Assembly: GCA_964567625.1 (NCBI GenBank)
Contig: CAZMNK010000004.1
Coordinates: forward strand, 1-63,186
From: an uncultured Enterobacterales bacterium
GTDB taxonomy: Bacteria > Myxococcota_A > UBA796 > CAJQPC01
DNA length: 63,186 nucleotides
Direction: 5' to 3'
Part shown: piece after piece, positions 1 through 9,259 of the stretch
Numbering within the stretch: the stretch's first letter is position 1
Layout of the letters: the number at the start of each line of letters is the position of its first letter
Notes under the pieces: generated by a model
What the model saw: only the letters and a program-made list of their open reading frames with translations
Told to the model about the DNA's origin: nothing
Database searches by the model: none
Position numbers and translations under genes: made by a program

Positions 1-1268
1 ACGCTCCCTCGGCCGCTTCGGAGGACCAGGAGGACCATCATCGCCCGGAGGTGAAAGGTCACGACCACCCCGGCTATCCAGTAGGGGCGTCCCCAACGGA
101 CCCGGCGCTTCTTGTCCTGGAGCAAGAGCGCCGCTGACACCAGCACGGCCTGCAGGACTTCGTAGATCCCCAGGGCGATGATCAGTTCCCACCAGCCCGC
201 GACGTATTCCAGGGGCATCATGAGCCCCCGGTTGAAGACCATGAAGACACCGTGGCCGGCAAAGGTCACGAAGCAGGCCAGCACCACGGCCCTGGACTTG
301 TGACGAGGCCAGCGTCGGCTGAGTTTCAGGACGGTGGGGTAGTAGAAAATCCGGACGATCATCTCTCGAAAATGGATGTTCCATCGTCGCCAGAAGTCGG
401 CATAGTCTCGTGCTGCCAGGGGGTTGGCGTAGTTGTCGGCGATGTCGTAGCCCAGCAGCCGGGCACCACCGACGGCCATCTGTTCCCAGCCATAGCGGAA
501 CAGGTAGAGGGCGACGTAGTTGAAGGCGATGGCGGTGTACACCGTGAACCAACTCAAGTTGGCGAGGTCCAGGACCAGCCACCCGGTGACGATCAGGTGC
601 ACGGGGGCCAGGAGCAGGGCGGCGAATCCCAACAGGTGCAGGGCCGCCAGGGCCAGGGTCCGGGCCCCGGATGCCATGGCCTCGAGTGGGGAGATCCGGT
701 CCTCGCCGGCAAAGAGGTTTGAGGGGGCGATCACGATCGCCTTGCCGAGCAGGAAGGGGAGCGACAGGAAATACACCGCGGACTGGGTGGCCGTGAGGGT
801 CGTGCCGTGCCGCTGCTCGTAGAGGGCGTAGCAGGCCTTCTTGAACAGGATGACGAGAAAGAAGACGGCGATCTTGTCGCTGCGCACCAGGGCGCCCTCT
901 GCGTGGGGCAGGAGAATTCCAGAGAAGACCGCGGGCAGGAAGACGCCAACCAGCAGGATCCCTCCGGCGGGGAGGCGTGCCCTTGCCGGGAGCAACGGGG
1001 TGTACACGAGTTGGTGGAAGAGCACGGTGAAGCCCACGGCAAAGACGGCGATCTCGGGCGCCATGAACCAGCCCAGGAAGACCAGGCTGGCCCCGATCAG
1101 CCAGGGGCTACGCCAGGGCCTGGGCAGGGTGTGGTGGACCGCAGCCACGAAGAAAGAGGCGATGAGCCAGGCCAGGAACATCTTCAGGGGGACACCGAGG
1201 GCCCCCTCGACCCGAGGTGTCGTCCAAAAGCTGGGGTCAATCAACGATTCCACAATTGCGGAAACCAT
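1..1268 (-). CDS. MBOAT-family membrane-bound O-acyltransferase (AlgI/DltB-like); C-terminal end runs off the window
   Basis: Absent from the ORF track because no stop lies inside the window. Manual reverse-strand translation from ATG (complement of 1266-1268) stays open to position 1: MVSAIVESLIDPSFW, several hydrophobic helices, then YADFWRRWNIHFREMIVRIFYYP (FWRRWH-type MBOAT signature) and FAGHGVF (candidate invariant His). Plus-strand ORFs 252-722, 520-822 and 807-1376 are G/R/P-rich antisense artefacts. Confidence 0.8.
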   Translation of the reverse strand, partial: MVSAIVESLIDPSFWTTPRVEGALGVPLKMFLAWLIASFFVAAVHHTLPRPWRSPWLIGASLVFLGWFMAPEIAVFAVGFTVLFHQLVYTPLLPARARLPAGGILLVGVFLPAVFSGILLPHAEGALVRSDKIAVFFLVILFKKACYALYEQRHGTTLTATQSAVYFLSLPFLLGKAIVIAPSNLFAGEDRISPLEAMASGARTLALAALHLLGFAALLLAPVHLIVTGWLVLDLANLSWFTVYTAIAFNYVALYLFRYGWEQMAVGGARLLGYDIADNYANPLAARDYADFWRRWNIHFREMIVRIFYYPTVLKLSRRWPRHKSRAVVLACFVTFAGHGVFMVFNRGLMMPLEYVAGWWELIIALGIYEVLQAVLVSAALLLQDKKRRVRWGRPYWIAGVVVTFHLRAMMVLLVLRSGRGS

Positions 1269-1305
1269 ACCAACCAGGAGCCACAGCGGGTTGTAGAGTG
1301 GTCAT

Positions 1306-2514
1306 GTGTGGTTCTGGGGCTTGAGTACTGTGGTTGCGCAGGGTTCGGGAATCCTGGCGGTCTCCGAGCGCCATGACCTGGGCGTCACAGGAACCTTTGC
1401 CCGGCCGGTCCTGTTGGAGGATGGCTGGTGGCTGGCCTGGGGGAATGCAGGGGACCTGGTTCGGGCCCCGCTGTATGAGGACGATGGCTGGTGGGCCGAC
1501 GAGCATGGGATCATTCCGGTGCTCGACCAGACCAACCTGGTGGACCATGGCCTGGTGCAGTGCCCGGATGGGTCCTACCTCCATGTGGCGTCGTCCACCA
1601 TCGAGACCCACGACGACTCCAGCTACGCCCACTGGCTGGACGCCGACCTGAACCTGGTCGATGAGATGGTGATCGAGGAGGCCGAGCCGGGCCGCGTCCA
1701 CAACGATCCCGCCGTGGTCTGTGGGCAGACCTTTTCCGGGGTGGCGCACACCGGCCCGGATCCTGGGGATCCCAGCTGGTTCTTTTCTCTCCAGGATGGG
1801 GAGGTGGGTGCGCCCCAGGAACTCGAGGCCTCTCCACGGGTCTCCGGTGCGGCACTCCTGGAGGCCGACGACCGGCTGGTCCTGGTCGGGACGTGGAACT
1901 ACGTGGGGGAACTCCAGGTCAATGTCTACGACGCAGATCTGGCCCTGGTGGAGGGCCCCATCCAGCAGCCGATCCTGGATGGGGATGCGGGCATCTGGTG
2001 GCCGACGGGCCTGGTACGGATCGGGTCCCATTTCCTGGTCGCGACGATGGGCAAGGAACTCGACGCGAACTGGTCTGCGGACACCGGAGAGGTCTGGCTC
2101 CTGGTCCTGGACGAGGAGTTCCAGGTCGTGGAAAAGGTGCTGATCAGCGACCTTGAACCCCCCGACGGCGCCATGCGGCCATGGCTGACCCTGGATGGCG
2201 ATCGGCTCCTGGTCACCGCGGATCGGCTGGTGAGGGCGGTGCTGTGGGAGGTCAGCCTGGACCTGGACGCTCTATGTGAAGTGCCAGGAGACACAGGGGT
2301 CCCCGGGGACTCTGGCGGAACGGCGGAAACCGACGAACCGGGTGACTCCGGCGCTTCGGGCGAGCCGGTGTGTCCGGAGGCCAGCACGGAAGACAGGGTC
2401 TGTGGGTGCCAGGCGGGACCTGTGGGATCCGCCTGGAGTCTGTTGGGCCTGTTGGGCCTGTGTTGGCGACGATCTCGTGGGCCGCCCTCACTCCACGTAT
2501 CCGAGGAGCTTTAG
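1306..2514 (+). CDS. hypothetical exported protein with Cys-containing C-terminal sorting tail (MYXO-CTERM-like)
   Basis: 402-aa ORF with balanced, acidic, W-rich composition. A D/T/G/S-rich linker (GDTGVPGDSGGTAETDEPGDSGASGEP) is followed by VCGCQAGPVGSAWSLLGLLGLCWRRSR, i.e. Cys motif + hydrophobic helix + Arg cluster. GTG start at 1306 (ATG at 1304 is in another frame). The N-terminal signal peptide is weak. Confidence 0.65.
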   Translation: MWFWGLSTVVAQGSGILAVSERHDLGVTGTFARPVLLEDGWWLAWGNAGDLVRAPLYEDDGWWADEHGIIPVLDQTNLVDHGLVQCPDGSYLHVASSTIETHDDSSYAHWLDADLNLVDEMVIEEAEPGRVHNDPAVVCGQTFSGVAHTGPDPGDPSWFFSLQDGEVGAPQELEASPRVSGAALLEADDRLVLVGTWNYVGELQVNVYDADLALVEGPIQQPILDGDAGIWWPTGLVRIGSHFLVATMGKELDANWSADTGEVWLLVLDEEFQVVEKVLISDLEPPDGAMRPWLTLDGDRLLVTADRLVRAVLWEVSLDLDALCEVPGDTGVPGDSGGTAETDEPGDSGASGEPVCPEASTEDRVCGCQAGPVGSAWSLLGLLGLCWRRSRGPPSLHVSEEL

Positions 2515-3789
2515 CTGCTCCTGAAGCGCCTCCGGTGGTGGCTCAGTGCTCGGGGCCTGTGGGGCTTCAGGGCGAATCCAGGAAGCGCCACGACGGGGTG
2601 GGGTCACATCGAACAGTTCCGTGAGGGCCCGACCAGGCATGTCTTCGGCTGCTTCCAGGTCCAGGAGGCCACAGATGGTGGGAACCAGGTCGAGCAGGTG
2701 GGGCTTCGTGCTGGATGTTCCCTGTTCGGCCCGCCGTCCCCAGGCGGCCAGGAAGCCGACGTCCCGGTGACGGGCATCGAGCGCTGGCATTTTGGCGCCG
2801 GCCTCGAAACCATGGTCTGAGAGCACGATCAGGGTGGTGGTGGCGGGATCGACCTGGGCCATCACCCGTGCAAGAGCGTCATCGGCGGCGGTGTAGGTGT
2901 CCTCCATCCAGCGCCGCCCCAGGGCGATCTGTTTGCCGGTAATCGGGGCTTTGACCCATGGAAAGTACTTGTGGTCGCTCCCGGACTTCGAGGCCGGGTG
3001 ACGTTTATAGGCCCTGCGCCGGGCGTCGGGATTGGCCTCCATGATCGCCACGGCTTCATCCACGACAAAGGGCCAGTACAGGTGGCTGATCTGGTCGATG
3101 CTCATCCAGTACAGGACGCCAAGGCGAGCCTCGAGTGGGTTGACGAGCTTTTCAAAGACCCTCAGGTGGGTCTCGTCCTTGGGAAGTGGGTGGTGCCCCC
3201 GTCCCAGGGCATTGAGCTGCCAGCCCTGGGGCTGGCGGGCCAGCCAGCGCTTGGTGGGAATCATGTCGCCGATGGGCTCGGCCAGTTCCGGGGGCCACGA
3301 GGCCCCTTCCTGACGGCGCCACAACAGGTTGTCAGGGATCGGGGTGGCGGGGTGGTAGCTGTCGGGGGTGCGATGCCAGACCAGGCGCTCAGAGAGCAGC
3401 GCACCCTGGACTTCTTCGGCGGGCGAGGTCATGAGCCATCCGATGACCGCAACAGGTTGGTCCTCGGAGGAGACTCGATTCCAGAGGCGATCCACCCGCA
3501 CATCGGCGCCACTGGGGACGGTTCCATCGGCCCGGGTCCATCCAGGCACACCGTGTATCGCCGGCTTGTAGCCACTGGCCAGGGTGGTCCAGATCGCTGG
3601 GGAAAAACTGGGAGACTGGGTGGCCATGTCCGACACGACTCCCTCGGCGTACAGACGGGAGAAGGAGGGCATCGCGCCATCCGCCATGCGTTCCTCGAGG
3701 TAGCTGCGCTCCAGGCCGTCGATTCCGAAGATCACGACCCGATCGGGGGGACTGCGGCTGCAGGCTGCCAGGAGGAGAAGGCTCAGCAC
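2488..3789 (-). CDS. alkaline-phosphatase-superfamily lipoprotein (nucleotide pyrophosphatase/phosphodiesterase-like)
   Basis: Lipobox LLLAAC; VVIFGIDGL (metal-binding Asp region); SPSFSPAIWTTLASGYKPAIHG (nucleophile/TG..HG block of NPP-type enzymes); LIVLSDHGF (DHG block). Its 3' end overlaps the convergent gene by 27 nt. Confidence 0.8.
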   Translation of the reverse strand: MLSLLLLAACSRSPPDRVVIFGIDGLERSYLEERMADGAMPSFSRLYAEGVVSDMATQSPSFSPAIWTTLASGYKPAIHGVPGWTRADGTVPSGADVRVDRLWNRVSSEDQPVAVIGWLMTSPAEEVQGALLSERLVWHRTPDSYHPATPIPDNLLWRRQEGASWPPELAEPIGDMIPTKRWLARQPQGWQLNALGRGHHPLPKDETHLRVFEKLVNPLEARLGVLYWMSIDQISHLYWPFVVDEAVAIMEANPDARRRAYKRHPASKSGSDHKYFPWVKAPITGKQIALGRRWMEDTYTAADDALARVMAQVDPATTTLIVLSDHGFEAGAKMPALDARHRDVGFLAAWGRRAEQGTSSTKPHLLDLVPTICGLLDLEAAEDMPGRALTELFDVTPPRRGASWIRPEAPQAPSTEPPPEALQEQLKLLGYVE

Positions 3790-3880
3790 CTGGGAAGTTT
3801 AGAGGCCGCGCATCGGGCGGGTAACCCCGGCCAGCCAGGTGAAGCCGTTTGTGTTCCAGCCCTCGTAGCGAATGGGTCCC

Positions 3881-4594
3881 CTATTCCTTGACGACGTAGT
3901 GGAACTGAGAGTTGCCGATCTGGAGCACGTCTCCTTCCTGCAGCAGGCGTTCCGTCACCTTGCGGTCGTTGACCTTCAGCGTTCCCCAGGTGGTGACCTT
4001 CTTGATCTGGTGTCCGGTTCCGGTCCAGGAGATCTCCGCAGCAGTCTTGCCCAGGAAGAGCCCCTGGATCTCGATGGTACTGCCCAGGCGTCCGAGGGTT
4101 CGGGTCCCTTCACCGAGGCGCCACAGGGTGTCCGCGTCGTTTTCGTTCAACAGTCCGGCGTTCGTGGAGAGCCTGCGAGACGCCATCAGCTTCTTCACCA
4201 TCTCCGGGCTGTAGCGGTAGGTCGGGTCCTGGACGTTGATCGACTCCCGGGAGTGGAACTGGGGCATGGTCTCGGTCAGGCGCCCGTTGTAGACCGGTGC
4301 CTGGTCGTTCGTGGCCACGAACACGATGGAATAGCGGCCGACCTGAAAGGTGTCTCCGGGCTGGAGCGACTCTTTCTTGGCCTGGATGCCATTGACCATG
4401 GTGCCGTTCTCGCTGAACAGGTCCTCGAGTTGGGCACCGTCCGGGCTTGCCGTGATGCTGGCGTGTTGTCGGCTGACCGAGATGTTGGGAAGAACCAGGT
4501 CCGAATCCTCGGCTCGCCCGATGACCAGGGTATGCCCATCCTGCTGAAAGACTCGGTCGGCCTGACCGGGCTCCTTGACCACAAGGGTGATCAT
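3881..4594 (-). CDS. FHA-domain protein (canonical N-terminal FHA + degenerate second FHA-like domain)
   Basis: The real start is taken at MITLVVKEP (ATG, complement of 4592-4594), preceded by GGAGGA and overlapping the upstream stop as ATGA. The track's longer 3881-4939 version adds an R/G/P-rich extension. FHA blocks: LVIGRAEDSDLVLPNISVSRQHASI...SENGTMVNG...GDTFQVGRYSIVF. Confidence 0.85.
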   Translation of the reverse strand: MITLVVKEPGQADRVFQQDGHTLVIGRAEDSDLVLPNISVSRQHASITASPDGAQLEDLFSENGTMVNGIQAKKESLQPGDTFQVGRYSIVFVATNDQAPVYNGRLTETMPQFHSRESINVQDPTYRYSPEMVKKLMASRRLSTNAGLLNENDADTLWRLGEGTRTLGRLGSTIEIQGLFLGKTAAEISWTGTGHQIKKVTTWGTLKVNDRKVTERLLQEGDVLQIGNSQFHYVVKE

Positions 4595-6609
4595 CTTTCC
4601 TCCGTGTCCGAGGATTCTACCGGATGGACCATCATAGTTTCCTCCAGTGCGTCTTCCAGGCGAGTATCCTCGGGGCCGGACCATCCCCGGATGCTGGCCT
4701 GGACCACCCCATTCTCGTCGATGACGAAGACCGCAGGGATGCCATCCAGACCCAGCTCGGCCAGGCCCGCTGGGCCGATCCACCCCTGCGCCAGGCCCTG
4801 GGGCTGGTTCTGTTGGAGCCAGTGTTTCAGGGTCTCGGGTTCTTCGTCGACCGAGAGTGCCAGGAACGTCACTCCTCGTAGCGCCCAGGTCTTCGCCAGG
4901 TCTTCGAGGTGTGGCACGGACTCCAGACATGGCGAGCACCAGGTGGCCCAGATGTCCACCACCCGCCAGCCGGGGAACCGAGAAATAAAGGTCGGATCCC
5001 CGTCTACGAAGAAGGGCAGGTCGGGAAAATCCTCACCAGGGTTGGGGCCTCCCTGGATCTCTGAGGGGGGCTTCGGTTCTCCTGGGAGGGCTGGTGCCAG
5101 GGTCTTGAGCCACTCCTCCAGTCCCCCAGCGGCCCAGTGCGAGTGGTTGAACAGCCCTTCCGCCTTCTGGCGGGCCCGGGTGTTCAGGACGGGCTCCTCT
5201 TCCTGGCCCATCGCCAGTCCTCGTCCCAGGTGGTCGAGCGCAAGGGAGTCCTTGCCCAGGTCGGCGTAGACCAGGCCCAGGTGAAGGTGTTGGACCGCTC
5301 TGTCGCCGGCCTCCATCAACAGGGCCTGCTCCAGAGCCAGGGCCGCTTCGCGGTTTCGACCCATGGCGTGCAGCACCCACCCCCGTGTGTCCAGCCAGGC
5401 CCCGCGTTCACGAGAACTGGTTCGCAGCCAGTGGCCATAGTCGGGGGCCAGGTGAGTCCCCCGCGGATCCCAGCGGACAGGCTGCGCCAGGGTGTTGTCG
5501 ATGGCAAGGAGTGCGGCGTCCAGGCTCTCCCCCCGCAAGGCTGCCGTGTAGGCGAACTGGTTTGCCACCTCGGGGTTCGTGGGATCGGCGGCCCAGGCCT
5601 CTCGAAGATGTCGAAAGGACTTCTTGTCCTTGCCCTGCCGGGCATGGGCGGCCGCCAACTCCAGCTGCCAGGCCTGGCGACCGGGCCCATCCACGCCGAG
5701 CTGGCCTCCCATCCGTTTGAGTTGCTTGATGGCCAGTGCGGGGTCCTCTTCGTTGGCGGCTTCGATTACCAGCCCGATCTCTGCGGCGATGGCTGCAGAA
5801 AAGGGTCTACTCACCCAGGCGACCTCACCACTACGGGCCAGGGGAGCACGTTGTGCCTCGGGGTCGAGCAGGGCCAGGTGTCGGGAGGACTGGCTCACCC
5901 CCTGGAAGTCCTGGATCGAGCCCAGAACCTGGATCGAGGCCCACACCAGGTGGGGGTCTTCCCCCTCAGCGTGGGTACGAGCGATGCTGACCACGGCATC
6001 CTGGGTCTCCTTCAGGCGGGGACCCTGGGCCCCTGACCAGAGCCCCAGCACGTTGAGAAGAGACCAGGGGTTGGTGTCCAGGCTGGCCACGATCTCCTCC
6101 TGGAGCACGCTGTCCACGAGCCCCTGGGAGAGAGCCAGCTCCAGGCCGAAGGGCCTGGCCAGATCCAGGGTGTCTCCGAGCTCCAGCAGGTCCTTCAGCA
6201 GGGCCTGGGGATCCCCTCCACAGACAGGCGAGGACTCCAGCTTGACCCGCTGGGCCCAGTAGCGGTTCTCGCCACCCTCGGGCAGTGGCGTGGTCAGATC
6301 ATGCAGTTCCTCGCACCAGGCGCCCGGCTCCGGGTTTCGCCAGGAGAGGATCCAGGCCAGGGTCAACTCTGCGGCCTCTCCTCCTCCGTTTGCTACCCAG
6401 GCTCGGTATTGATCCTCGAGGAGAGGACCTTCTCGCAATCCGAAGGCCCGTGCCCAGACATAGAGTCGGTGGGCATCCACGCTGGTCGGGTCGGTCCGGA
6501 GTGTCTCTGCGGCGGCACCGGCTGCGGCTTCGGGTCGGCCGGTGTAGGCCAGGTACCAGCTGGTGTCCAGGGGTGCCGCGTGGGCGGAGAGGAGCCAGGC
6601 GAAAAGCAT
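4591..6609 (-). CDS. exported TPR-repeat protein with C-terminal TlpA/ResA-type thioredoxin domain
   Basis: N-terminal signal-like MLFAWLLSAHAAP; long helical TPR-like body; C-terminal VVDIWATWCSPCLESVPHLEDLAK...GIPAVFVIDENGVV (intact WCxxC thiol-disulfide oxidoreductase fold). Confidence 0.8.
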   Translation of the reverse strand: MLFAWLLSAHAAPLDTSWYLAYTGRPEAAAGAAAETLRTDPTSVDAHRLYVWARAFGLREGPLLEDQYRAWVANGGGEAAELTLAWILSWRNPEPGAWCEELHDLTTPLPEGGENRYWAQRVKLESSPVCGGDPQALLKDLLELGDTLDLARPFGLELALSQGLVDSVLQEEIVASLDTNPWSLLNVLGLWSGAQGPRLKETQDAVVSIARTHAEGEDPHLVWASIQVLGSIQDFQGVSQSSRHLALLDPEAQRAPLARSGEVAWVSRPFSAAIAAEIGLVIEAANEEDPALAIKQLKRMGGQLGVDGPGRQAWQLELAAAHARQGKDKKSFRHLREAWAADPTNPEVANQFAYTAALRGESLDAALLAIDNTLAQPVRWDPRGTHLAPDYGHWLRTSSRERGAWLDTRGWVLHAMGRNREAALALEQALLMEAGDRAVQHLHLGLVYADLGKDSLALDHLGRGLAMGQEEEPVLNTRARQKAEGLFNHSHWAAGGLEEWLKTLAPALPGEPKPPSEIQGGPNPGEDFPDLPFFVDGDPTFISRFPGWRVVDIWATWCSPCLESVPHLEDLAKTWALRGVTFLALSVDEEPETLKHWLQQNQPQGLAQGWIGPAGLAELGLDGIPAVFVIDENGVVQASIRGWSGPEDTRLEDALEETMMVHPVESSDTEER

Positions 6610-6617
6610 GTCGCACC

Positions 6618-7988
6618 TTAGTCAGGCGCTGTGGGGAGCGCTGCAGTGACGTCGGCCAGGGCCTGTTGGAAGTGGTCCACGAGTCCTTCGATCTGCTCCT
6701 GGGAGACGATGCCGACCTTGTGGTTGAAGTTGAAAGTCAACTGTCCTCGGTAGCGGATCACGGTGAGTACCACGGCGGTTCTGGGTGTCACAGGGGTGGT
6801 GATGCGCCAGCGGGTGCCGATCCAGCCTTGCCCCTCCATGAGGGGAAAGGCCAGAGGGATCAGGTTCGAGAAATTCAGGTTCACCGGCACCGTGGCCGGC
6901 TGGAGGACAGCCTTGCGAAGCCAGCCCAGGGGGATCAGCAGTCCTGCAGCCCGCTCGAAGACATAGCGCTTGAGATGCAGTTGGCGTGAGGCTCGAAATC
7001 GCATCTGGTCATGCAGGTGCTGCAGGAGCCGTTCGATGGGCCAGTCCTTGTGAAGGGGCAGGTCCACCACAAAGGACGCCAGGTGATTGGCGAAGCTCTC
7101 GAACCCGCCCTCTCGGGGTCGGGTCTCTGCGATGAGAAATGCGTTTGTCTTTCGGGCCTGGACGCCGTGGTCGGCATTCCAGCGCTGGTTCGCCACGAAG
7201 AGCGCCACCGTCAGCACGGTGTTCAGGCTCAACCCGGCTGCCCGGTAGCGGGGCCGCCAGGTGTCCAGTTGCCGGTCATCCAGATCCAGGTGTCGGGTGC
7301 GATTGGACCCCAGGTAGTCGGTGGGGAGGTTCTGGAAGAGTGGCGTCAGCGGCCGCAGGATTCCCCGGATCAGCATGAAGGTGAGCCAGCACCAGCCCAC
7401 AAACCCCCACCACCAGGTCTGAAGTGGGCCGAGCCCCAGGGGTTCCAACTCTCCCCTTCTGGCGACGGGTGCCAGCTGCTCAGTGGTGGGTTCCTTGCCG
7501 TCCGCGGCGAGGGCAAGGAACCGGTTCAGGTCCCCGAGCATCGCCATGAAGGACCGACCATCCGCCAGGCCATGGTGTTGCTGGATCAACAGGTGGCTTC
7601 TGGAGGGTCCGATCTGTACCAGGGTCAGGTGCAGGGGCCACTGGCGGGTCCAGTCCAGGTGGCGATCCCGGACCCTTTGTTGGATCGTCACAAGCCCGGC
7701 CTGATCGGTCTCCACGATCTCCAGGAACTCGTTCACCGGGACCTGTTCGGTGACCTGGAGATTCAGCCTTTTCGCTCTGAGGAGCTTCTCGCCCCCGGGA
7801 AACACGAGCCCTCGTGCGGGCCAGTAGCGGACCAGGAGCCAGCCCAGGGCCGTCCGCAGGTGGGCGGGATCCAGGGTCCCGTCGATCTCCAGTTCCCAGG
7901 TCGGGCAGTTGGTGCAGCCCAGCTCTGCGCTGGACCCGGCGACGCAGACCTTGTCCAGGAAGTCCAACTGTGGTCCGGGCTCCGACAT
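6618..7988 (-). CDS. HHxxxDG-motif acyltransferase (condensation / WS-DGAT / PapA5-like superfamily)
   Basis: LLIQQHHGLADGRSFMAML matches the HHxxxDG catalytic motif about 140 aa from the N-terminus, as in condensation/WS-DGAT enzymes. A mid-protein hydrophobic W-rich segment LQTWWWGFVGWCWLTFMLIRGIL is also present. It lies 3 nt downstream of the tyrA stop. Confidence 0.65.
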   Translation of the reverse strand: MSEPGPQLDFLDKVCVAGSSAELGCTNCPTWELEIDGTLDPAHLRTALGWLLVRYWPARGLVFPGGEKLLRAKRLNLQVTEQVPVNEFLEIVETDQAGLVTIQQRVRDRHLDWTRQWPLHLTLVQIGPSRSHLLIQQHHGLADGRSFMAMLGDLNRFLALAADGKEPTTEQLAPVARRGELEPLGLGPLQTWWWGFVGWCWLTFMLIRGILRPLTPLFQNLPTDYLGSNRTRHLDLDDRQLDTWRPRYRAAGLSLNTVLTVALFVANQRWNADHGVQARKTNAFLIAETRPREGGFESFANHLASFVVDLPLHKDWPIERLLQHLHDQMRFRASRQLHLKRYVFERAAGLLIPLGWLRKAVLQPATVPVNLNFSNLIPLAFPLMEGQGWIGTRWRITTPVTPRTAVVLTVIRYRGQLTFNFNHKVGIVSQEQIEGLVDHFQQALADVTAALPTAPD

Positions 7989-7991
7989 CCT

Positions 7992-9122
7992 TCAGGGCCT
8001 TGCCACCAGGTGGTCGATGATCCAGTCCGACAGCGCCATCGCCTCGTCCCCGAAGTCCTGGAAGTAGTCCTGGACCTGGCCAAAAGCCTGTCGAAAACCC
8101 TCTCGATCGCCCACCTCGATGGTCTCGGTCAGGGCTGAAGCGGCGTCCCGGAAACATCGGCGCACCTCCTCGCCGTGAGGGTTCGACATCTCGATCTCGG
8201 CGTAGAGGTCGGGGTCCTGGGTGAACAGTCGACCCACAAAGGCCAGTTCCAGGCGGTAGATCGGGCTGGTGAAGGCCAGGGACTGCTTCAGGTCCACGCC
8301 GGTTCGCCGAAGGGCCTCACCCATTACCAGCGTGGAGAAGTGAACAAGGACCTGGACCACCGCCATCATCCGGTCGTGGGTTGCCGGATCGGTCTCCACG
8401 AGCTCCACCGCCATTCGTCCGAGTTCCTTCTTCCACCAGGCGGCGAGCTTTCCGGGGCGCACCGGACACCAGACGATCTTCTGGCGGCGCAAGGTTCCCA
8501 CCGTGGGCCCGAACATCGGGTGCATGCCCACGATCTCTCCGGGACAGGAGGCCTCCATGGCCTCGCAGACCGAGCGTATCGGGGAGTTGATGTCGCAGAG
8601 GAGTTGGTCCTTGCGGAGTAGCGGGGCCAGGTTCTGGATGACCGACACCGCGGCGGCCATGGGGACGGCGATGATCACGATCTCCGCGGCGTGGACCAGG
8701 CTGGCGGGGTCCTGGCCGTCCCCGTGCTCCAGCACGGACAAGGTGTGGCCCCGGTCTCGCAGCTGGGCGCAAAGGAGCTGTCCCATCCCGCCGTCGCCTC
8801 CCACCACCAGGAAACGACGAGAGGGGCCCGTCGGGGCGGCTTCCCGGCCCAGTGCGTCCTGTTCGTCGTGGCTGAACTCCACCAGAACTTGCATGAGGCT
8901 GCGGGCCACCCCGGGATCCAGGCCCACCTCCAGGGCCACATCGTGGGCCCGGGCGTAGACCTCCTGTTCTCGCTGGCGGTCGAACAGGGGCCGCAAATCG
9001 CCGGTCTTCAGGGCCCCGATCTGACGCACGACTGCGGTGCGGCGAGCAGCAGTCACCATCAGGGTGTGCTGGAGATCGTCCAGTTCGGCACGGAGGCGAT
9101 CCAGCTCGTGGGGGGCCGTCAT
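7992..9122 (-). CDS. tyrA: bifunctional chorismate mutase / prephenate dehydrogenase (T-protein)
   Basis: 376 aa. N-terminal CM helices (LDRLRAELDDLQHTLMVTAARRTAVVRQIGALK...REQEVYARA), Rossmann FLVVGGDGGMGQLL, and prephenate DH core IVGMHPMFGP...HDRMMAVVQVLVHF...SPIYRLEL. Confidence 0.85.
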   Translation of the reverse strand: MTAPHELDRLRAELDDLQHTLMVTAARRTAVVRQIGALKTGDLRPLFDRQREQEVYARAHDVALEVGLDPGVARSLMQVLVEFSHDEQDALGREAAPTGPSRRFLVVGGDGGMGQLLCAQLRDRGHTLSVLEHGDGQDPASLVHAAEIVIIAVPMAAAVSVIQNLAPLLRKDQLLCDINSPIRSVCEAMEASCPGEIVGMHPMFGPTVGTLRRQKIVWCPVRPGKLAAWWKKELGRMAVELVETDPATHDRMMAVVQVLVHFSTLVMGEALRRTGVDLKQSLAFTSPIYRLELAFVGRLFTQDPDLYAEIEMSNPHGEEVRRCFRDAASALTETIEVGDREGFRQAFGQVQDYFQDFGDEAMALSDWIIDHLVARP

Positions 9123-9259
9123 GTCGGCCCCCTATCCGGCTTCGTAAAGGGCTCCCCCCGGGCGGGAACTCGAATTTTGGCTTTCCACTGCGGGGTGCTG
9201 GTGGGTCGGTCATTGCAAGAGCGGTAGCGCGCCGGGCGTCCTGTGGTGTCCATCGTGAC

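Noticed and set aside
3881-4939. Over-long N-terminal extensions in the ORF track (also 23197-24324, 54217-55179, 50704-51381, 31852-33636, 16761-18347, 40063-40989, 40773-41882)
   Set aside because: The extensions are R/P/G-rich, overlap the neighbouring gene and lack family similarity. Internal starts with SD sequences or start/stop coupling give proteins of canonical length.
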